Made by a program: the position numbers and the translations under genes | Part shown: positions 29,859-44,404 of the stretch, piece by piece | Layout of the letters: every line of letters begins with the position of its first letter | Numbering within the stretch: the first letter of the stretch is position 1 | NCBI GenBank assembly: GCA_028534125.1 | Contig: CM052818.1 | Coordinates: 13,456,001 to 13,520,000, forward strand | From: Lama glama | Lineage: Eukaryota | DNA: 64,000 nt | Direction: 5' to 3' | Notes under the pieces: generated by a model | Databases searched by the model: none | Told to the model about the DNA's origin: nothing | Seen by the model: only the letters and a program-made list of their open reading frames with translations

Positions 29859-30787
29859 TGATTTCTGTTTTCCCAACCCACATTGCAGTATTTCTAGTTT
29901 TCTATGTTCTTGAGTGAACTGGTTTCTATCAACTTCCCTGCATAAAGCTGAAAAGACAAAAACAAATCTGCTTCTTAAAACACATCAAGATGTGCATGGA
30001 ACCATTTTAAGCCTTGGCTTTAATTCTCCTCTGTGAATGTATCAAAAAAATAAAAATAAAAAACTACAGATCAACTGATATACACACACCAATTAGTCAA
30101 CAGTACACAATATAAATACTGAAGGTACCACAGGGGTTACTGCAAGTTCAAATACATAAGCTTCCTGCTCAAAGTGCATCTGATTTTCACATGCTTCTTC
30201 TACCCTTTCAGAATGCAATGTCACGGCACACAGTTTTAAGATTGGCATGACATGGAAAGAATCTAGTGCAGGAAAAATGCCTTTTCACAATATTTTCAGT
30301 GCCTCAGAGCATTGCAAAACTCTGTATGGGTCTCAAAGGCTTATGTTATAATTGTAATGGAATTTAACAGAGCCCATTTAAAAAGTGATAAATAGCACAG
30401 ATAAATCTTCACTACAGCATGCTGAGAGACCGTATCAGTATGTGTCTTATATCAATTATTTATAGACTTGGCATTTTGCATCTGAACAACAATAAAAGAA
30501 AATAGATACTGGAATGTATATTTATTAGAATCATTAAATTCTTTTGGAAAGATTCATCAAACACAGAACTGTCATTCCCAGAAAAAAAAATATTCTAGTA
30601 TTTCTAAAAGAAGTGTATGACAGATGTTTGAAGTTGTTCCAACAAATATGAAACCTGAATGGATGTTCTCCAACGAGCTTCTGCAGCTCAAAGAATTCAG
30701 CTAGGGAATTACTCACTTATCATCAGATGACATAGGTACAAAAGAGCAAGGCTGTGTTTAAAGACACAGATACATAAATGCATATAA

Positions 30788-30964
<177 letters not shown>

Positions 30965-31164
30965 TGATTGCTGTTGCTTTAGTTGAGCATGTACCTGTCT
31001 ATAGAAATAAAATTTTATTGATGGAAATTCTGTTCTAAAATCCAGTTAATTTAGTTCAATTGTAACATTGGCTTTTTAGTATGTTATCAAGAAAAAGGAG
31101 AAGAAACACAATAACTGAAATATTAGATACAGGCTGGGTCTAGTAATTAGAAAGAGTGCTCAGT

Positions 31165-31330
31165 GTCTTGCTTCTCAGCTGTGATGCAACAGCCAGCAGC
31201 ACTGGCACCTCCTGGGAGCCTGTGAGAACTACAGAATCTCAGGCCCCAGTCCTGACCTACTGAATCAGATTCTGCACCTAATGAGAATTCCAAGTGACTG
31301 CCTTGCATATTTAAGTTCAAAAATAGCTGA
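31165..31330. mobile_element. MER5A-like hAT-Charlie MITE
   Basis: cagaatctcaggccccagtcctgacctactgaatcagattctgca core. Confidence 0.75.
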
Positions 31331-32106
31331 TTGCGTGTCAGGAACATTAGAATAGAAACCAAGAGACCTGGTCCCTAGTCATTCCTGCCACTGTGTACTT
31401 AAGGTGCCTTGGTTTCACTTTCTACATGAGCAAAAAGAGGACCATGTAACTGGAGGGATGACCTTGAGAGTCCATTTCACGTGCACACTCCACCATGTAA
31501 TTCAAAAGGCGTAAGACATTCTGAAGGGTATGCCCTTGACACTTGATACTCCTGACTTCCTTGCAAACCCTCCCAGCTTTACTTGGGGCTAGAAAGATCA
31601 TGTTCCACACAGAAAGGCCTCACATCATGCCACTGTGCTTAAAATGAAAAGGGACTGGCTCTGGACAGCTGCTTCTGCACTTCTGAGCAAACTATAGGGA
31701 CAGTACCATTGAGAAATGCAAAGCATTCTTTCCCTGAAGGCCAGACGCTGCCAGGACATCACCTCTAGAAGCTAGCACAGGAATAGGACTTGGAGTTCAA
31801 AACTCAGATGAACTTGGAAGCAGAGCCACCCAATTTCTGAGAAGGCAAATATGAATCTGCACCATGGGTGGATCTGCCAAGCCCAACATGAAGAGCATCA
31901 ACCACGAGCCAATTCATTCAGTCTGCTCAGCTAGTATTGTTAGGTTCCAGGATTCACCAGACTGTCAGCAATATTTCAGTGAGACTGATGGTAAGAAAAA
32001 TTCTTTGTACTATGAAGTTCTAGGGGAAATGAGCTGATATTGTTAGAATTTGCACTTGAGCTTCTTATAAAGTATTATATTTCTGTTTCAGAGTTTTCAG
32101 TGTTAA

Positions 32107-32325
<219 letters not shown>

Positions 32326-35300
32326 TAACCAGGAAAAGCAGGGAAGAAGTTACAGGATTCTCTACACAGACTTTCACTACTTGTACTTTGAATATAGCCT
32401 TTCTTTCCTTGTTCATCATGAGATATGCACGTCTCATAAAGAGGATATACAGTATTAAGGGTGACTTTCTTCAAAATTTAAAGTAATCACTTTCTTTTTA
32501 AAATTTAAATAATTTTAATAAAATATTGATATGCCTTCTATATAGCCTACATAATCTCTAATATATATTCTTTAATTATTCACCAGAAAAAGACTCAGTT
32601 ATTAAAATATCTCACCACGAGTTTGAGTGTAGAGCATAAGCTTAGTGTGTGCTTAGCCACACCTGAAACTAACCTCAGTTCTCTAAAACACCAAGATTAT
32701 AAATTGGGTAAAAGTTTAAGCACTGAGAAAATCAGCCTCATGTGTACTAAAATGTGCTTGAATTCTTTAGTGAAAAACTACTGATCCAAAAATAGCTAAT
32801 GTCCTTGGGTCCAGTTTTTAAATAAACATTCAGGTGATCTTCACAGCTTTATGTAGGTAGAAGCAGCAGCTCTCTACAGAGGACAATTTTAGAGTTTCTT
32901 TGAAAGACTTGACAATAAGAACCCTCTTCTCCCTACCTCCAATGCTGCATGTAACTTAAAATTTCTTTAATAGTGAAAAGACTGCTCAAATAAAACTAAA
33001 ACTGTACATAATCCTGGAAAAAACTAGTACAAACACATATTTATATAAAGCAGTGAGAGTGTTAAAAGAATGACTGAACTTGAAGACACAAAATCTGTTT
33101 GAGTCCCAGCCATACAACATTCTTTCTATACAATTTGAACAACAAATTATCAAATTTCTCTGAGCCTCAGCTTCCTCATTCGGAAAAAGGAGTTGAGGGA
33201 ATGAAATGGAATAATAAAAAGAAAAATTATTTGTAAACTACAAAACCTGTACAATTCAAGATTTTTATGAAGTTTTCCGAGCAATATAAATGCCTAGTAG
33301 CAAATCTCCAAGGGAAGGAGACAATCAGGATTCTCAGTTTATATCATGATTTTACAGGAAAATATGAATTCACAGGAATATCCATGACCTGAGATTTTAT
33401 AGTATGCATGTGGTCATTCAACTGGAATCCAACCACTAAGTATAAGCATAATCAGAACGTAGTTCATTGCACAATGAACATCTTTATACCCCTTTCCAGG
33501 TTACTAGAGACTCTGTAATGCTAATTGTGGAAAAACATTGCATTCCAATCGTTTTACTTTCTGAATCCTAATTGAGACTTTTAATTGAGAATATTACATG
33601 CAGGAAAATGTTAGCCAGTGGGATATCTTAACCAATTCCCCTGGAGTCCTTCAAACAAAAGACTATGTGTTTCTGGTCATAAATGGATTTGATACTCAGC
33701 AAAGGCAGAAACAAATTAACGTTCAGTGGAATATTCTCTGCTTGTGCTATTTGCATGGAAACACTTATGTCTGTTATAATTAAAGGTGGAAATGGATTGC
33801 AAATAGGGGATTCATCAGTGTTATATCTTGAAGATATGCAGCTTAGAATGTTTGGTTAAACCAAAATATTTCTTGTGAAAGAGACGTACCATTCTTTCCC
33901 CCAATGAAACCATGCCTTCCCAACTTTGTCCACAGACTAAAGTAAAACCAAAAGAGTCTGGATTCTTACCTTCCCCCAAAAGGTTTACTTTAGGTATAAA
34001 ATAACTATTCTCATTTCCACAGTCTTGGGAAAATGAAAACTGTTTGGCAAGGGGCGGGGAGAGGGACAGCAGGGAGGGAAGGAAACAGAGGGAAGGGGAG
34101 AGAGAATACACACACACTTATCAAATATTTTAATACTATTAATAATTTCTGAAAAACCTTCCAAATGATTAAGGAGTTGATTATGCTAGGCTCTAAATTA
34201 CTGGAAGTAATAAATAAAATTATGGCATAGTTTCCTTTGCTACTATTGAATTCCATATACAAAAAACAGTCTTTGTTTCTCTGTAGCTAAACAGCATCTT
34301 TATTTTTCAAAAAAAAAAGTGAAAAATATTGAAAAGACAAGTCACTTGTGATTTCTTCTGAGGAATCTAAGTTCTTTCTTTAGCCATAGCCAGTCCAAAA
34401 GAAGATACTTCTTATAACTGACTCTTGGAAACTGCTTAGCTTTTCCAGTCTCCTCTTGGGTTCCAGATAGCTTTAGCCAGTTTGGAAACTAAAAGAAAAT
34501 ATTTTTTCTCCAAAGTCAAGAAATGGAATTATTCTCATTTAGAAGATGCAGTACCTTGCAGTGGAAAGATGCCTGTCACTAACTGTATGAATTTGGGTTC
34601 AGCCACTTAACCCTTATTTGTTTTTCCTTCCTGCCAAATAGAGATAATATTTTTCTCATCATCTCCACATGGTTTGTGTGAAGAGCAACTTAGTTCAATT
34701 TAATATTTCTTAGAAGCCAGGTTACCCCAGTACATTAATGTTAGGTGACAATGGAATAAAAAGATGTGCATGATAACCCTTGACCTCCAGGAGTTTCCAA
34801 GCTAATAGAAGCATTGAGACAAACAAGCAGATTTCAATAATGCAAAGCAGAAAGCAATAAAGGCCCAAAAAGAGGAACACGAAGTATGAGAATTCAGAGA
34901 GAAGAAAGAGATCATATTGCAGCAACAAGACCATGCCTGGCTTGCAGCAAGGATTCAGTAAATTATTTATGGAATAAGTAAATTAGTGAATGAAAATATC
35001 TAATTGTGGGGAAGGAATGATTCAGAAAAGGCTTGTATTTGATAAACTCTAAATCACTATTCAAATGTTAAGGGAGACAGACATATATAGGGATGTGGAT
35101 ATTAATATAATTTTCATCGTTGTTGTAAATGTAGTGGTTCTCTAGTGAAACTGTTTTCTCAGATGTCACCAGGGAGCTCCTAATTCCCAAATCTAAAACC
35201 AGTCTTTGTCCAGCCTGGCCTTTCCACAGCCCTCCTTCCTGGGACTCTCTCCCCTTTTGACTTCCTTGCACTGCATTTTCCTAGGTTGACTCTCATCGCT

Positions 35301-35923
35301 GACACCTGGTCTTTAAATAGCTATGCTCTATATGGTGGAACACTTCATAGCTTCACTTCTTGTGCTGTGAACATCTTCCTCTGGATGGTGTAATCCACTC
35401 CCAGAGCATCACTATCCAGAAGCATGCTACTGCTTACTGCAGCCACAGCTCTAGCCTGTCCCTCTCTCCCAGGTTCCTGAGCCTGATGATAACCTCCATC
35501 TTCATAGTTTTTGTTTGCTGCTTTCTCAGCCTGAAAGGCCCTCCCCACTCCAATCAGGAAAATTCCATCTAACCATCACCCTTTTCAGTGTCACACTGAG
35601 ATGGCTCCTCCTTCCTTCAGCCTTCCCTACTCCCTCAGAGGGAAAGAAGTGCTGTTTTTCACTTTTATATAAGCAGAGTCAATGGTTAGCATTTGGCTTT
35701 AAATTCAGCAGATGAACAATAGGTGCTTGATAAAATACCATGAAATGACACATATTAATCTGTCAAGAATGTCTCCACTATATCTGTCCTGAATTAAATG
35801 CAATGAACTCAGGTCCCACCCAGTTTTGTGCCTAAAAGCAAATTAAACAAAGTCCAGATTCTCCCTCACTTCCTTCCTTGCAAACTGGAATCTGCCACTT
35901 ATACAAGTTACTTAGATCAGTAA

Positions 35924-36073
<150 letters not shown>

Positions 36074-36158
36074 TAAGAAAAATCAGAACTTTTGCTTTTG
36101 AAACTGAGACTCTTCTGGTTTTACCAAGCCTAACTGGTGAATCCTTTTGTCTCTGCAG

Positions 36159-36354
36159 CCGATGTGTTTGCCCAGTCTCAAATGCAATGTGCCGAGAACT
36201 TCCCCAATCCATAGTCTACAAATATATGAGCATTCGATCTGATAGGTCTGTGCCATCAGACATCTTTCAGATACAGGCCACAACCATTTACGCCAACACT
36301 ATCAATACTTTTCGGATTAAATCTGGAAATGAAAATGGAGAGTTCTACCTAAGA
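36159..36354 (+). CDS. EFEMP1: EFEMP1 coding exon (exon 11 equivalent), fibulin C-terminal domain
   Basis: ctgcag acceptor after an 86-nt intron, gtaagt donor, 196 nt; [65 protein letters not shown]. Confidence 0.97.
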
Positions 36355-36653
36355 GTAAGTATCCTAAGGGCAACCTTAGTTGTTGAGAAAGGATCAAGTT
36401 TGTTGTTGTTTGGAAATAATTCACACAGAAAGAAAGCTAGCATTTAAAGAGTTTATGTGCAGGCATCATGTAAGGCCTTCCTGTGTCTCATTTAATCCTT
36501 TTGGTAATACTTGGTCAGATAGATATTAATATTTATTTCCTTATTTTACAGAAGAGAAAAGTGAGACTCAAAGAGATTAAGTAGCTTCTCTAAAGTCACT
36601 CAGATAAAGGTTACAGACTAATGGAGTTGTATGTGACCACTAACACACAAGCC

Positions 36654-36677
36654 TACACACACACACACACACACACT
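36654..36677. repeat. (AC)n microsatellite
   Basis: seen directly. Confidence 0.9.
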
Positions 36678-37974
36678 ACAAACAGATATACACAAATCAG
36701 TAATATATAATTGTATGTCGATACAATAATTCCTGGACAGCTTTTCAAAAACCTTGAATTCCTTATCGTGACATTTGTAAGACTATTTATATTTGCACCA
36801 AAGCTAAGACCTATAAATATCTGAGAAGTGACCCCCACCCCCTGTACCACAAGCTATTCTTGCAAATTTCCAGGCAGGCAATGTGAGGCCACTTTTATAT
36901 TTTGCCTTTCTTTCATTGCCTATGATGAAGTCTTTCTCTGAATTCTGCCTTTTCTCTCTTCACAGTGTCTCCTGGGTTATCTTTCCTTCCTTATGCCCTG
37001 ACTCTTTTCCTTTAAATTGACTCGGCACCTCTCTAAATCCTCCAAGGGCTTCCTTCCCAGCATATCTGCCTGACTCCAGTGCCTCAGACATCCAGTCCTC
37101 CCTGCAGAATCTTAGCAAGTTCATTTTAGGTTAAAATTCTGACATATTTAAAATACCGCTCACCACTTCATGTGAAAATGATGGCATCCCACCAAGCAGT
37201 TTGCAGGGTTACGGTAACTGTTTCATGCTAAGGATGTTATTCATCCAGTTACAATTTTTTCAAAACTCCTTTGGGCACTCTTCATTTTTTAATCAGATTT
37301 TAAGGTCAATATTTCATTTTGAGAATATGAAAAGTAAATTGAGAAATTCATCCTTGTGGTAAAGTTTACAGATTTTTACTGTTTACACGTTTATCCTGTT
37401 CTTTGACATATGAAGTTCCCTTCCAGCTCCAGAATTATGGGATTCTGTTTCTTTGCCAGTAAATTAGAAATGATTAATTTCTCATGACCAACTTCTAAAG
37501 AGAAAAACTCAACCCAAAATATAATCTATTACTACTCTCCTTTCTAAAAACTAAAAATAAACTTCTTCAACATTTGATGCTTTGAATTTGAGATATACTA
37601 GATACTTGTAAGACTCTTTAAATGAATGTCACACAGTTCAGATAATAACAAGTTAATCATTTTAGCACCAAAAAAAAAAAACCATTATTTGTAGCCCATG
37701 GCAATAAAATAGATTCATCTCAAAATCTTCTTTAAAAATAATTTTCCATTTTGAACTCTTAGTCATAATTTAAGAAAATAAAATTTCCCAGCATAATCAA
37801 CAAATAGTTAAGCAAAGTTCCTATGTGGGTTTTTTTTTTGCAATCAACGTGGCACTTTAAAAGTTCTATGATTTCATATCAGTGTATAGACTTGATGTTT
37901 TCAAATATAAACAGTGTTTTTCTCAAGTAAAATCCTTTTTTATGAATGGTATAAAATGTTGTCCATTTTTTGTC

Positions 37975-38112
37975 GGTTTTTTGTTTTTGTTTGTGGGGAG
38001 AGGTAATTAGGTTTATTTATTTACATATTTATTTTAATGGAGGTACTGGGAATTGAACCCAGGACCTCGTGCCTGCTTAGCATGCACACTACCACTGAGC
38101 TATTACCTCCTC
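37975..38112 (-). mobile_element. tRNA-derived SINE, camelid Vic-type
   Basis: reverse complement has A box (tagctcagtggtag), B box (ggttcaattcc), aaataaataaacctaattacc 3' part and A-rich tail; decayed TSD gttgtccatttt / gttgccaatttt. Confidence 0.8.
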
Positions 38113-38629
38113 TGAACGTTGCCAATTTTGATAACCCCAGTGTTAAATACTATTTGAAACAAAAAAGTATTTAAAATAAAAAGACATTTCAAGACTGTTT
38201 CTTATCACATAATTTAGAAGGTAATTGGATCAAATCCTACAAAACCTCTTCACTGAAATTCCACTTGTGCAGAGGGCATTTAATCATAAGACTCAATCAG
38301 CAGGCCTTAATTAAGCATCCATTATATGCTCAGCTCCATGCTAGGTGCATGTAATACACAGTTCCTTACTTCATAGAGCTTTAAATATTACTTTGTGGCA
38401 TAGTTAACGTCTATGAAAAAAGGAGACAAGGTTATGTTTAATTCCATGGTCCAAGACATCAAAGAATTAATGTGGGCTAGAATAGTCAAAGAATGTTTCT
38501 TGAATGTTCATGAGACTGAAACTTGGGATATAGGATTTTATTTACATTCCTTTTGAGAGAATACTGAGAAAATCTTCTTCCCTAGAAAAGGGGACATATT
38601 GTAAAGAAGTAGTACATGAAATTGAAGGT

Positions 38630-41100
38630 AGAATACCATCTTCCATCCATACTGACCAATATTTATCCTCCCTTACTGAGCCTTATTTTTTTTCATCATC
38701 CTTATCACCACCTTGCATAGTATTCATTTGTCCATGTTGCCTACTAGAGTGTGAGTGCAATGAGAGCAGAGATATTACCTGTCTGTTCACTCTCATATGC
38801 ACAGCACATAGAATGAATGGTGCCTGGCGCATTACAGTTACTCAAAAAATATTTTTAAATGAATGAATTAATTCAGTCAACATCTTCAAGGAATCAGTGT
38901 TACCTATAAGAGGCAAGCACCATGCTAGGTCCTAGAGACATAGCAGCGAATAAAACCAAGCCAGTTCTGGCCCCAATGGAGCTTATAGTCAAGACATCGA
39001 ACAAGTGTTCACAAGTATGCTGAATGTTACAACTGAGCATTGCAAATTGCTCACGAGCACACAACAACCCCTAACCAAGACAGCAATAGTCTGGGCTTCC
39101 TGGAGGAAGTAGATCTAAACTGAAGACTAGCAATTAGGGACTAGTAAATGGAATGAATAAAAAGCCAACCAGTTGATCTGGAACTCCAGTGCTACAGGCA
39201 GAGTGGCTTGAGAGGAGCCTGGAGAGATGAGCAGGGCCTAGATCACACAGTGCCTGACAGACTATATTAAAGGTTTCAAGTAGAGGAGTTGCTAGCAGAT
39301 TTTCATGTTAAAAAGACACCTGGCTACACTGTAGAGTCTGGGTTGGAGTGGAGCAAGAATGGAAATGGAGAGACTAGTAAGTAGTTCAAGAGATGGAGGA
39401 CTAAGGTGGTAGCAGTGAGTCCAAAAGAAGTGGACAGATTTATGAAGATACAGGAAGAACTACATGACTTAGTGACCCATTTGCTGTGGGGAGGTGGAGG
39501 GAAAGGAAGCACCAAACATAACTTCCAAGTTTCTGTCTTGAGCAACAGTAAATGGTAATGCCATTTCTGAGATAAGGAAGAAGGAGCCAGTGTAAAGAGG
39601 AAGGTGAGGAGTTCAGTTTGGACATGTGGAGTCCTGGTCACCATGAGCCATCCAAGTAAAGGTGAATAGAGAATTGAATATGTGGGCTTTCAAGTCACTG
39701 GCAAATACGTGATAATCGAAGCTATGGTTATGAATGAAATCACTCAAAGAGAGTGTGTAGGGAGTGCGTGAGATCACTTAGAAGAGAAGAGGACATGGGA
39801 TAGGGGAAGTTTAGATTTTGAAAAGTTTTCCTCTCTGCAACCTGATCTGGGCACTATCATAGTTGTCCAGTATCTTAGCCTACAATTCCCTGGCCATCTC
39901 ATCCCCCATGACCTTCAGCTTTATGTCACTCTGCCGCCAACCACACGACCACATGCTGGACTTTGTTATCATGCAGCAGAGTTCCACATCAGAATCTTAG
40001 TCTGATGACCCCCTCAGTGACTGATTCTCTTTCCTCTCTCTCATGCCCTCACTCCCATTCTATCTGCTCTTCACCCTCAAAGTGATGCTAGTCCCCTGAC
40101 CCTTCACCTCCCACTTTCTTCCAGTTTGTCAACTTCTTGGTGGAGCCTTAAACTATCCTGTTACAAACACCTCATCTCCCTGTCCAGCAACCCTAGATCA
40201 ATCACATAATCCATATCTACTTTCATACCCAGCTTGTCAGCATGGATCGGTAATACTATAAGTCTCCAACTTCAGATGTGTCCTCAGTATGCTACACAAT
40301 CCTATTACTTTCTTTTATTTCTTCTCCTTAGCCCCTGATTGCAAATGTCCCCATACTCTTTAAGTCCTTATACCCTTCATTTTCAGGGGGTGACCTCACC
40401 TCCAACTCTTCTGAAACCACTGAAACCAACACGTATGAATTACCTGAATTTCCCATCCCATCCCTCACAAATTTGAGTCCATGTGTCCCTCTTCTAACCT
40501 TCTCCCTTGAGTTTTCCAAAGACGAGGTTTCACGTCTATCAATCAAGACCAACCCACCACCTGTATTCTTCATTCTGTTTCCTCTGGAACCTTGTTCTTT
40601 CAAACACTCATTTACCTCCTACACATTCAACTTGTTTCTCCCTCTGGATGTTGCCTCCTCTCTCTCTCTCCCCTCCCTTCTTAGCCATGGGTTCTTAAAG
40701 CACAGTCTGCAATCACACTCTCTACTTTCTCACTTCCAAGTCACTCTTCTAGCTCCTGTTCCCACTACCCTACCGAAGTTGCTCTAGAAAAAAAGCCACC
40801 AACAACATGCATACTGCTAAATCCAGAGGCATTTTTCAGTTCTAGTCACCCTCATCCTCCCCTGCTCTATTGGACTCTACTTGCCATTCATCTGTTTCTC
40901 ACTTAATTAATGTATTTCTTCTCAGCTTCCTTCAGTGGCCTTCTCTTCTGCCCTCTCCTTAAATGTCGGCCTCTCCTAGACCCTATCTTATGACATATTT
41001 ATCTCTCCCTTCTCCTAATCCACTGTTTCTATCCTTTCCCTCCTCTTGGCATTCAGATACACATCTACTTGCCTGCCTGGCCAAAATCATCTCCCTGTAG
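38630..41100. mobile_element. cluster of L2 fragments in both orientations
   Basis: L2 3' end (gtgcctggc...aatgaatgaat), purine-rich antisense tract (gagttcagtttggacatg) then pyrimidine-rich sense tract (ctgctaaatccagaggcatttttcagtt). Confidence 0.6.
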
Positions 41101-41748
41101 TCTCCAGCACCCATCACATTGTTCATCAAAATGAAACTGCACCCAGTTCTTCTGAAGGCACTTCTTTACAAAACTTCCATTTATCCTGGGTGACTCTCCT
41201 CAGGCATTCAGAAGCCTTCTATCAATGCTTCAAAATCCTTCCTCTTTTTCCCTGTGTGTGTACACCTCTATGTGTCTTCATATATACCCTTCATATCCCC
41301 ATATATCTCAACATTTGCCACATCCTATTGAAATTAACTACTTACTTGTCTCTTCACCTATTCGAATGTTAACAGATCCACAATGTTGAGATGTGAAAGA
41401 TGACAATTTTGTTTATCAGTTCAAAAATTATCAGATTCTGATGTGAACTCCAGTCTCTATTAAGACTAGGACTACTTGATAAAAACGAAGAGAAACATTA
41501 ACAGAGAGGAATGAAGAGAAAACAAAGAACTATCATAAAAGCAGGTCTCTGTAACTAGAACTAATGACTATGTGTGGACAAGGGGTAAGATCCAAGAAGG
41601 ATTGAAGCCAAGAAGGAACTAAGTAGTGACTTTTATCCTACCCACAAAATTCTTCCCCTAATTCTTATAGGAAGTATATTCACAAATAATAGAAATTTCA
41701 ATACAAGAAAAATTATTCTCTTCATCCCTCTTTTTTCTTTTATTTTAG

Positions 41749-41910
<162 letters not shown>

Positions 41911-42418
41911 TCCTTTAAAAGAGTCCGCTATAGGCATTTAAATCAGCCAAAGAATATTGTTATCTTAAAGCACTATTTTATTTATAGACATATCTAGTAC
42001 ATCTACATCTATATACTGTACACTCAACAATAATTCAAACAATTACACCATGGTATAAAGTGGGCATTTAATCTGTAAAGATTCAAAGTTTGTCTTTATT
42101 ACTGTATGTAAATTAGACATTAATCCACTAAACTGGTCTTCTTCAAGAGAGCTAAGCATACTCTATCTGGTGAAACTTGGATTCTTTTCTGTAAAAGTGG
42201 GACCAAGCAATGATTATCTTCTGTGATGACAGTCTCATAAGGAGGCAGTCATCATAACATTGAACAGCATGCAAGTTCAAGAATGAGTTTTTTAACTGCT
42301 TTGTAAGAAAAAGGAAAAAGTCAATAAAGATATATTTCTTTAGAAAATGAGGATCTATCATACTTGTGTTGGTTTTTGTTTTCATGATAAGTCTAAATGT
42401 GGTTGTTCATTACATAGT

Positions 42419-42424
42419 AATAAA
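42419..42424 (+). terminator. candidate proximal polyadenylation signal AATAAA
   Basis: AATAAA about 510 nt after the stop, followed by U/GU-rich sequence. Confidence 0.55.
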
Positions 42425-42637
42425 TCATTATTGCATAATATACTGGTTTCTATAAGATATTTAAAATTTTGTCAGAAAATTTTTGTTATGAATATAAAAA
42501 AATACTAAGCGAAATTCCCAAAATGAATAAAAATTACTATATTGAGAAAAGTATTATATTGAGAATTCTATGGGGAAGAGATGAGAAAACAAAATTTTCT
42601 AAATCACTTTAGCGTTGACCTGAAGAGGCAAACTCAG

Positions 42638-42985
42638 TGTACTAGTCAGTTTGAGTTGCTATAACAAAATATTATATACTGGGTGGCTTATAAACAACAG
42701 AAATATATTTCTCACAGTCTGGAGGCTGGAAGTCCAAGATCAGGGTGCCAGCATGGTCAGGTTCTGATGAGAGACCTCTTCTAGGTTGTAGACTCATATC
42801 CTTACACACAGAAAGAGAGCAAGAGAGCTTTCTGGGGTTCCTTTTATAAAAGCTCTAATCCCATTCATGAGGGCTCCACCCTCATGACCTAGTTACTTCC
42901 CCAAGGCCTCAGCTTCTAATAGCATCACACTGGGAGTTAGGATTTCAACATATGAATTTTGGGAGAACACATTCAGTCCATGACA
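42638..42985 (-). mobile_element. MLT1A-like MaLR solo LTR
   Basis: TGT...ACA termini, 348 bp, motifs ctgggtggcttataaacaacagaaat and ttaggatttcaacatatgaattttggg; flanked by CTCAG / CTCAA. Confidence 0.88.
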
Positions 42986-43304
42986 CTCAATAAATGTAGT
43001 AGGATTCCTGAATTCAGGATTTCCACAGAATAGAGAGCAAAATGAAGAAATTATTTTTCTGAGGAACTTTTAATTTTTTAATAAAATTAAAACCCTAAAA
43101 CTTCAGTAACTTATAACTAAAATTTATCATCTTTATATGTGATACTCACAGAGAAAGGAAATGGTGATGATTCTTATTCTTGGCATCCAGAGTGATAATG
43201 AACTAAAGCAAATTATCCTCCCTCCTCATTCTATGAAAAGGTTTTATGTCTTATTTGTTTAAAATGTTACTGCTTCCCTTTGATGTATTATATTTTTAAA
43301 TTGA

Positions 43305-43310
43305 AATAAA
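43305..43310 (+). terminator. candidate distal polyadenylation signal AATAAA
   Basis: AATAAA followed by U/GU-rich tract (gagttttttagtgt). Confidence 0.55.
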
Positions 43311-44108
43311 TATTCTTTTAGAGGATCACCCAATCTTTGGAGTTTTTTTAGTGTAGCCAATAACAGCCAATATAATTTTTGTGTCTGGGAAAAAAATTAG
43401 TTATAGCTGCCAGAGCAAGAACAACTATTTGCTTTTTTTTAAAAAAATAAATAACCTAGGAGTTGAGGAAACAAACAAAAAACTGTTAAAATCACTCCAC
43501 AAAAATTTGTGCAATTTTCCCTTACATCCAATTTCAAAGCAGATATGAAGAACCTCTGTCACCAGATAACCTTGCCACTGAAATAAATGTTCCTCAGAGA
43601 GTTGACAAAATATGCAGTAATTGTCAAAAAGAAAGTGCACCAAGAGACCAAGGAATAATACACAAACTTCTTGTGTGAGTAGGCAAGGGTGTTTTTAAAG
43701 GGTATGGGGGGTAGAAACAATGATGAGAGAACAAGTGTAACCAAGGGCTAGACAAAGAAGCAGAGTGAACAACCAGCCACCACACAGCAGGACTGTTGAG
43801 TATGTTCTTGTCATCCCGTCCACAGGATTACTTACAGTCCAGATAAATCAAGTTCAATCCAATCTTTTCCATTCTTAATCAATATAGTGATTTTTCTACA
43901 TATTGACACAATTCTCAAGTCAGAGCTGGGCACGGTAAGAGTGAAAACAAACAAAAAAATTGCCTAAGACCTTCTTCCAACAGATTTTTCACTCTTAAAC
44001 AAAGAGGCAGGGTCTTATCTATACATCCAAAGAGGACAGCAGAAGAAACAGGAATCTCTCTGAAATATTTATGCATAAGTTCTGACCCTCCACCCCAACC
44101 TCTAAACA

Positions 44109-44280
44109 CCTATATATTATTATAGACCTATAATAACATATATATTATAGAATTATATATAAAAATACATGGATTATATATAATTCTATAATAATGTATC
44201 CTATAATTATATAATATATGTGATAATTTATAATTATATAATTTATGATAATAATATAATAATATATTACATATATTTTT
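44109..44280. repeat. AT-rich low-complexity tract
   Basis: degenerate tata/ataat repeats. Confidence 0.8.
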
Positions 44281-44404
44281 TGGACTTACAGAAGCCATTA
44301 GCTGCAAACAAGATGATTTCCTTTCATTCCAAAGCCTAGTCCTATTCACAAATCATAGACACATGGAGAGTGCTAATATATTAAAGTGTCACTGATGCAA
44401 TTCC

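Larger units (their letters stand above)
41911..43330 (+). other. EFEMP1: EFEMP1 3' UTR (distal end approximate)
   Basis: follows stop codon; AU-rich; AATAAA at 42323, 42419, 42525, 42989 and 43305; resembles recalled human EFEMP1 3' UTR. Confidence 0.7.
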
